Source: Amoeboradix gromovi X-113 (taxonomy: Eukaryota; Fungi; Sanchytriomycota). Taken from it: a stretch of DNA of 15,885 nt. Where the stretch lies: NCBI GenBank assembly GCA_018985225.1, contig JADGIF010000173.1, forward strand, positions 1 through 15,885, read 5' to 3'. The notes beneath the pieces were generated by a model. The model made no database searches, was not told the origin of the DNA, and worked only from the letters and a program-made list of their open reading frames with translations. Made by a program: the position numbers and the translations under genes. Shown here piece after piece: positions 9,395-15,885 of this stretch (within the stretch, counting starts at the first letter, position 1; every line of letters begins with the position of its first letter).

Positions 9395-10345
9395 TGCTAA
9401 AACAAAGAGATACAGGTGCCCAACTGCTTTCAAGCTTTTATTTCGATGACATATTGGACGTGTAGCGATCTAAAGTTTAGTGGCTTATAAAAAGAACTTT
9501 AAATTGCTGCATGAATTTAATGTCTACACAATTACAAATGACAGCTGATTGGAAGTAAAACATAACCAGCATTACCATATCTGGATTTCTTATGTTGTGT
9601 TTCAGCGGGTTTGTACATCTCTGGAAGAATTGGGTTTGTTAACCTTTAAAGCTGTCTCAGCACTAAGTGAAACTAAAGAGTCAAGCCTGCTTCTTTAATT
9701 GAACCTAGCCACTGAAATTTTTACCAGTCCAAATGATGAGATCTGGGTATCCAGTCACTGGCATAACTAATAGCTCTAGAATTCTCTTTTAGTAAGAAGT
9801 TTAATGCATATTGTGCTTCGAGGTTTAAGCAGATAAAGATCCACAGCCATCACTTTGCAACTCATGTGTAAGATCTATCCAACTTATAGCACAGCTAAGA
9901 ACTCGAAGAACACCACAATGTTTGACATCTCCTAGTGTCTGAAGTTATTCTCATTCATGCGATTATATAAGTCAACAAACTCTTGACTACAAGAGGGGAT
10001 GCTTAGTCATTATATCACAATTTTTTTTTCCAAATAGGTTATGAGCGAGAGCCATTCCAGGACAGTAAGTAAAGCTTGAATACTACACCATGAAATGTAC
10101 CTGAGATGTGATTGAAACTTGGAAAAATTTGTTGCAACATCGATGGCAGATATTCCCTTCTATTGTCCCGTTTAGTCCTAGACCACTCAGTCGATGCCAA
10201 CCACTTTATTGTCATGGCAAGTTACTTCGAAAGTGTTGCAGCGATCGGACTTTAATAGTTCAATTTTAGCGGGCTGAGTTAAATATATTCTCAGTGCGAT
10301 AGCTAAATTAATGACTATAGAGCAATCTGACGAAATAGTAGAGGC

Positions 10346-10696
10346 TCATTGATATGCGCATTTATCAACGCAGTGAAAGGCTACTGGATCCGCACCATCC
10401 GAACTGAGAACACCAGTTTCCATTACTGGATACTGAACCACTACATAAAGGACTACAGTGACCGTCCACAGAAATAGTTGAATTGGATGGCGAAATTTGA
10501 GATAGATCCATTGGCTGGCAAGATCCGTCACATTGACAGCTAGGCCAAGTAAACCAATGTCATCCAGAGTCACCACACCATCCCAACTTGGGGCAGCAGC
10601 TAGCAGGTTGATAAGAAGCATCACTGAAGGAAGGACCGCATTGTCCGTCATCTTTAGATGGGGAGAGGCAAAAACAAGAACTACGTGGGCTAGCAT
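10346..10696 (-). pseudogene. Decayed secreted chitin-binding protein with two CBM18 (hevein-type) domains
   Basis: Signal peptide MLAHVVLVFASP, then a shifted frame: DDGQCGPSFSDASYQPASCCPKLGWCGDSG*HW...SCQCDGSCQ and SVDGHCSPLCSGSVSSNGNWCSQFGWCGSS, then a shift back to FHCVDKCAYQ*. In-frame TGA at 10560-10562 and several Cys substituted. Confidence 0.8.
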
Positions 10697-11564
10697 TGGA
10701 GGTGTTTTGACAGGCATAGAAAGAATGAATTAATGGGGAAATACTGCCATGTTACTACATTTCACTCAAGCAGAGTCATGTTGGACAAGTAGACTTTCAC
10801 TATGTTAAAGTGTTATTATGTTTAACCTTCACAATCGGAATGATATGCAGGTTGATTATGAGGGTTCAAATTGAATAAGTTACTATTAATACTTCGACTG
10901 GTATATACTCTAATTCTCGCAAACACCATGAATGTGTTAGAGGTTTTTGAACTCATCGTAGTCTACAATTGTTATTTAAATAACAAAAAGCAGTAAAACT
11001 TGTGATTCAGCTAAGCTCGCATGCCGACGCGCTTGGTATATAATTGCAAAATACAGATCTCATCTTTCTTCATAGTTTTCCAGTGCTCTCTGAAGTACTC
11101 TCGAGTTTACTAAATGCGATTCTATATAATATGTATAAGAACATGTAATTTATTTGATTCCTTATCAATCCATTTGAAAATGTATAATCTTGATGACATT
11201 ATGAGTTTGAGTAGTAAATAAAATTGCTTTAGGTGTATTCAGTATTCTTTATCTTTAACCCTCAAGAGTGCATGTTACTGAGACCATTTATGTTTAGCTC
11301 TCCTGGAGATGCTCAACAATGACGCGCAGTTTGAAATAATTACTTAGGAGATGATGAGCAAGCTAAAAATATGTGTATTGTTATTTAGGAAAATTCTATA
11401 TAGAGCTTGGTTGAATTACATCTTGTCTTTTAAACTATGGGTTTCCCTAGTAGAGTAGCTTCTCTTCAGATGAATTGATTCTTCTTTTCAAAGTACAGCT
11501 GAACACAAACTGGTACAACACCCCTAACTAAATTTCATTTTTACCCCTTTCAGACAACTCAAAA

Positions 11565-12395
11565 ATGGTAACCAAAATGATTTTACTAACACTAATCAAT
11601 GCAAACATAGCGCAGCAGGGACAAGGAAATTTGAATACGCAAAATCCTGCAGACAGTGAATGGTGCGGTGACCTGGATCCCAAAGTTAAGAGTTTCATTA
11701 CCGCATCTGCAAAAATTACGGATCGTCAATTTATTCAAATTGCCAGCGATATTCTTAAATATCATGAGGATGCAGTGGCTTTAGCCAATAAGCATCCCAA
11801 ATCGAACCCGTTTTTAAATACAGATATTTTAACGGAACAGCATTCGAATCCAATCCCGCAACCTGCTAATCCATCGCGTGGAAATAGAAGGATTCTAAAT
11901 TTAGCCGCACTTTCTCTTTTTGCAGGCAATCAAAATTTGGGAATGCGAAATTTGCTTCCTGCAAAAATAGATTGGAATGCTCAAAATCGAGGAGTTCAAT
12001 TAGGCCACATTGGGCATCCGCTTGAGGAGACTGCAGATCCAAACTCAGAGGTACCTGGATTGCCTAATAATAGCGGCATAATTCCTACAGCTCAACCTTG
12101 GGAGGTTTTAGCTGCCATTATTGAGGGAATGAGTGAGTCAAAAAGGGCCGTTAAGTATTGGCTCGACTACATTCAAAGCAAAGATGTCCCAAATGATGTG
12201 GATGCTGCTTTTGGAGGATGGGCCAGCTGTTGTATGAGGCAAATTACTAATGTTGCGAACGAAATTCTACACAATCTTGATGAAGGAGTATGCAAAAGCG
12301 TCGGCACAGCGGCTAACCAGTGGCGACATTTTTCTGATGATGATGTTCCTACGGTCACAACATGTGCATCTCTCTTGAAAAATTTTGTGTCATAA
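11565..12395 (+). CDS. Hypothetical protein, 276 aa, probably secreted (start may be ATG 11577)
   Basis: Open ORF, caaaaATG context, short hydrophobic leader MILLTLINA, five Cys, TAATAAA at the stop. No family recognised. Confidence 0.8.
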   Translation: MVTKMILLTLINANIAQQGQGNLNTQNPADSEWCGDLDPKVKSFITASAKITDRQFIQIASDILKYHEDAVALANKHPKSNPFLNTDILTEQHSNPIPQPANPSRGNRRILNLAALSLFAGNQNLGMRNLLPAKIDWNAQNRGVQLGHIGHPLEETADPNSEVPGLPNNSGIIPTAQPWEVLAAIIEGMSESKRAVKYWLDYIQSKDVPNDVDAAFGGWASCCMRQITNVANEILHNLDEGVCKSVGTAANQWRHFSDDDVPTVTTCASLLKNFVS

Positions 12396-12630
12396 TAAAA
12401 TCTCCAGTCATGTTTCTTTTCACTTTTAAATATTTCTCAACAATCAAGTGGTTTATTGTGCTCATGTCATACTGTAGCTGGTTCAACATGTCTCTCCGAC
12501 GCAATGCAGTTAAAGAATTAGTTACAAAGGGTTAAAACAATAAGTAGACTTAATTGTAAACAATTTGAAAATTAAAATACCGACTGGTATACTACCGGTA
12601 AAACTTAACTGCTACACATAATTTCGCTAA

Positions 12631-12921
12631 AACATTGAAAACCTGCGAAGGAAAGCTACTTATCTCACTAATCAGGCGGAGGAATACTGTAAAAGTGATG
12701 TACTCAATGTGAGTAATATTGACGAATTGCAGGAAAATCTGGATAGTTTTTCCACCCTTATTGACTCGCTGATGAACGAGAAGCGCAACTCGAGACATTC
12801 AGACGAGTTCGAGGAACTGGTGGAAATGGGTAAGCAGATCGAGAGATTACGAAACCTCGACTGTCTTAAGCAGATTCGTACTGCAAGTGAGGGTGCCGGC
12901 AACTACGAACACCCGCTGTAA
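12631..12921 (+). CDS. 3' portion of a helical hypothetical protein; 5' end unresolved, possibly a pseudogene
   Basis: 97 codons including the stop (NIENLRRKATYLTNQAEEY...EHPL*), amphipathic composition, AATAAA about 12 nt after the TAA. Bounded upstream by in-frame TAAs at 12619 and 12628. Confidence 0.35.
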   Translation, partial: NIENLRRKATYLTNQAEEYCKSDVLNVSNIDELQENLDSFSTLIDSLMNEKRNSRHSDEFEELVEMGKQIERLRNLDCLKQIRTASEGAGNYEHPL

Positions 12922-13023
12922 GCCGACTTTGCAATAAACACATTACTTTATATAAAGTGCTCCTGTATGTGTCTATATACTGTGTCTCGACTGCTGTGCT
13001 GTATATTCGCTTGGTTTGTTGAA

Positions 13024-14287
13024 TTATTTATTAAGAAGATCCACGGCAGGCAATATAGTGCCTGTACACTCTCCGAATCCTACGCTGTATCCCGCTCCTC
13101 TGCACACCCCACTTAGTATTATTGAGTCTCCGTCTTCAACAAAGGTTCGCTCCTCATCTCCGATCTTTAAGGTCTTTGACCCATTCCATGTAAGCTCCAA
13201 CAATGACCCATATGAGTCTTCCGTAGGTCCTGAGATTGTTCCACTGCCACACAAATCCCCTGGTTGCATATTGCAGCCGTTTACGCAGTGGTGTGCTAGT
13301 TGCTGAACAAAGCTCCAATACATGTATTTCAGATTGGACTTGCTAACAGTCTTCTGCTTGTTAGACTTGGCTACGTTATTTAAAAGTACTTTTAAAGTTC
13401 GCAACGATCTCAATATCGAAACTTTGCTTGTTCGCTGTTTTGAGGTAAGGCAAAGGTGCAGGACTCTGAACAGGTCCGTCACATCGAAATGGCTCCAATG
13501 CCTCCAGAGTTACTATCCATGGAGACACTGTCGTGCCGAAGTTCTTTCCCAGAAAGGGGCCAAGTGGCACATACTCCCAGGCCTGAATGTCACGAGCAGA
13601 CCAGTCGTTCATCATAACCACGCCAAATATGTGGTCCTCAACTTGGGAGAGAGGGATAGGATCACCCAGTTCGTTGCCCTTGCCAACAAAAAATGCCATC
13701 TCAAGCTCAAAGTCCAAACGCTGGGAAGGACCAAAAACGGGCTCATCTGCTGTTTTTGGTTTGCGCTGCCCATTCGGACGCCTGATGGAAGTTCCAGACA
13801 CAACTATGGAGCTGGACCTACCGTGGTACCCTACAGGCAAGTGAGTCCAGTTTGGCATCAGTGCATTATCTTTTCCTCTAAACATGGTACCCACATTAGT
13901 AGCATGCTCCTTGCTAGCATAAAAGTCTGTGTAGTCGCCTATACGGGCAGGCATATGCATTGTAATCTTGGATAGCGGAATCAAAACCTCATCGCGCTGT
14001 GGATGATTTTGAAGATCCTTGCAATCTTTGCTCAATATCCGAATCAGCTGCTTTCTAACATCGGACCACACCGGTCTGCCCATTGCCATGAACTCGTTCA
14101 ATACTGGTCTGTTAAAAACATTGTTACCAACCTTTAGTAATTTTAAATCCGTCAATTTCGCAAGATCAACTACAAAATCTCCTATAGCTGTACCAGCACG
14201 CCTATTGGAACCTTCTGTAGAAAATATACCAAATGGAATGTTATTGATGCTGAAATGGTGATTGCTATCGTACGGAATAAATGACAT
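13024..14287 (-). CDS. FAH: Fumarylacetoacetase (FAH), 414 aa; exons 14287-13390 and 13370-13024
   Basis: Starts MSFIPYDSNHHFSINNIPFGIFS. Motifs IGDYTDFYASKEHATNVG, LPVGYHGRSSSIVVSG, LDFELEMAFFVG, MNDWSARDIQAWEYVPLGPFLGKNFGTTVSPWIVT, then SNLKYMYWSFVQQLAHH, GDLCGSGTISG, GSLLELTWNG, VGFGECTG. The two ORFs join through a 19-nt intron; 898+347=1245 nt. Confidence 0.96.
13371..13389 (-). other. Predicted 19-nt GT-AG spliceosomal intron in FAH
   Basis: GTACTTTTAAATAACGTAG. It contains the stop of the upstream frame, and its removal gives SFDIEIVANFK-T-KSNKQKTVSKSNLKYMYW, collinear with FAH homologues. Confidence 0.88.
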
Positions 14288-14438
14288 TTGCTCCTCTGTG
14301 GCAAAAAAAGGGATATATGGGACTTTAAACTGGATCACTTTGAAACTGTCAGAGATTAAAGGTAATTTGGACAAGGCCTACAGCACTGAAAGCAATTCAA
14401 TCAAGCCATGTGGTACAGTGATCGATTATTTGCCGCTA

Positions 14439-15386
14439 ATGAATGCTGATGTGCCGAGTACTGCTGCAATAGTCTCGCACGATACTTGCATGTTCGTTGA
14501 CATGGGAGTAGCACAAACAAGCTCTAAGCCTAATTTCAAGCATTACCTGATGAGTATCCTTACCGGAGCTCTTAGATAGATTCCGCTTTGTAATACTTTT
14601 CTCATATTTAGACGATAAGAACACCAGTGCTGAATATGAATCTAAATGATAAGGATTGGCTCAGGATGCTGTGCTGCAATCTACATGCATGTGGTCATGC
14701 CTGTTTACACTCGCGTTTATTGGGCATGTCGACTGCCTATTGCGCAATTTTGCAGAAGAAGCTAGACGAGGAGGGCACCCATTTTCGGAATGTTATTGGC
14801 ATTGCTATTTGGACTACTTGACAGAGATTTTACCAAGGATATGGGCGTGGCATATGTCGGGAGCATTACTTCAAACTACATGAAGGTAACCTACTTGAGC
14901 AAACTCATCAGCTTGCCTAATGTACAAGAGAAAGTTAAAAAAGATAGCTGCATGGAGAAACTTGAAAAAATTCCTGACCTTTCAGATACGATTATTACAA
15001 TTCAAGAATGCCATAGATATCTCGAGAGATTGGAAGAGTACATGAACTTGCCTTTGCAGCGTCAGTTGGAGCAAAGAAGTTCTAGATGCTCTAGAGATAT
15101 TTCACAGACTCGAAAGACTGTCAAACAGTACGAGCTGCACATATTGCAGATATGCACAAAGCTAATAGATATTAACCCTTCAATTTACGACGTGTTGTCT
15201 GGAATTTGCGCGTATGTAAAAAACCACTTGGAGAATTATCTCGAAGAGTATCAACACTCAAAAAGATCAGACTGCAATGCCTCTCTCTATAGTTTTGGAA
15301 TAATCAAGGAAAGCTTAAGGCAATTCTGTATTTCTGCAGGCTTGGACAAAAAACGCCCAACCATTTGTGTGGATGCAACACTCTAG
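14439..15386 (+). CDS. Hypothetical gene divergent from FAH; 3' ORF 14790-15386 is best supported, 5' structure unresolved (tiny introns or decay)
   Basis: 198-aa helical ORF with AATAAA about 22 nt after the TAG. Upstream lie staggered short ORFs in all three frames and two 22-nt GT-AG candidates. No family recognised. Confidence 0.4.
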
Positions 15387-15588
15387 CCACACGCAGGTAC
15401 TCTAGTAAATAAAGATATCCGAATCGCATCTTATTTCTAAATTGGGCTAATTTTTCTAAATGCTCAGGCTATACTTGTGATGTGTGCACTTCATTATTCT
15501 GACTACTTTTGAACTATTTAGCTGCATAAATAATCAGAATTTAGAGTACTGTCAGATATGAGCAAATTTATTGAAGAATTGTTTGTTT

Positions 15589-15885
15589 TCAGTATTCCTC
15601 ATGAGCTATTATCCTTTTTCTTGGTGACTCTGGCGTAATTGCAGGACTGGAATGAACAGGTACTAGAGGAATATCCTTGATTTCTTGATAATCAAATGAT
15701 CTTAGATATTTAATGAACAGAAGAGGCACTAATCCCAGTATAGCCCTTAAGACAATTAGTTTGTCCATTCCTACGTAGTTATCCTGATTAATGCCATAAT
15801 AGTTTAACAACCATGACCTTCTATTGTCAGTAATATTTTACAATCTCCGTGGCTTCATGAAGTTTCAATATCTTATTGCTTTGAT
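15589..15885 (-). CDS. C-terminal part of a membrane protein, possibly a BT1 folate/biopterin (MFS) transporter; probably runs off the window
   Basis: SWLLNYYGINQDNYVGMDKLIVLRAILGLVPLLFIKYL resembles my recollection of the last BT1 helices (G-x-T-x-x-N-F-x-x-L...L-P-L). AATAAA about 17 nt after the TGA. Candidate 21-nt intron at 15821-15841. Confidence 0.45.

Noticed and set aside
9733-9942. C/D-box snoRNA (ATGATGA ... CTGA)
   Set aside because: The boxes are about 200 nt apart, with no terminal stem or recognisable rRNA guide.
13016-14261. Plus-strand ORFs 13016-13306, 13322-13975, 13587-13844, 14019-14261 and similar shadow ORFs (801-1220, 1345-1548, 1693-1899, 3357-3557, 5348-5536, 5821-6015, 8590-8865, 10533-10733, 12173-12358)
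   Set aside because: Antisense or off-frame to better-supported genes, with no motifs of their own.
13024-14287. Tyrosine-catabolism gene cluster around FAH
   Set aside because: No homogentisate dioxygenase, HPPD or maleylacetoacetate isomerase was recognised in the window.
14288-14374. 29-aa N-terminal extension of FAH in the ORF track
   Set aside because: Starts at TTG; homology begins at MSFIP (ATG 14287).
1-15885. Alternative genetic code (TAA/TAG=Gln or TGA=Trp) as the cause of broken ORFs
   Set aside because: ASNSD1, MBF1 and FAH end at TAA at the expected positions and have no internal stops, and conserved Trp uses TGG. The FAH break is a frame change, not readthrough.

Overview
AT-rich, gene-dense eukaryotic nuclear DNA in the standard genetic code. 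Conserved genes are an ASNSD1/YML096W-type asparagine synthetase domain protein (5'-truncated), MBF1, fumarylacetoacetase (FAH), an ankyrin-repeat protein and a small UPF0184/bublin-like coiled-coil protein. These sit among orphan secreted or membrane proteins and two decayed secreted-protein pseudogenes missed by the ORF track: a plant-type LRR protein and a two-domain CBM18/hevein chitin-binding protein. The main observation is ultra-short GT-AG introns of 19-22 nt. A 19-nt intron (13371-13389) restores a full-length 414-aa FAH. A 22-nt intron with the same GTACTTTT donor (4017-4038) fuses two ORFs into one 191-aa secreted protein. Further 21-22-nt candidates lie at 14554-14575, 14590-14611 and 15821-15841. 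AATAAA sits on or just after most stop codons. The source is inferred to be a compact early-diverging fungus or Holomycota relative (sanchytrid/aphelid-like); this is not demonstrated. No rRNA, tRNA, CRISPR or mobile element was recognised.
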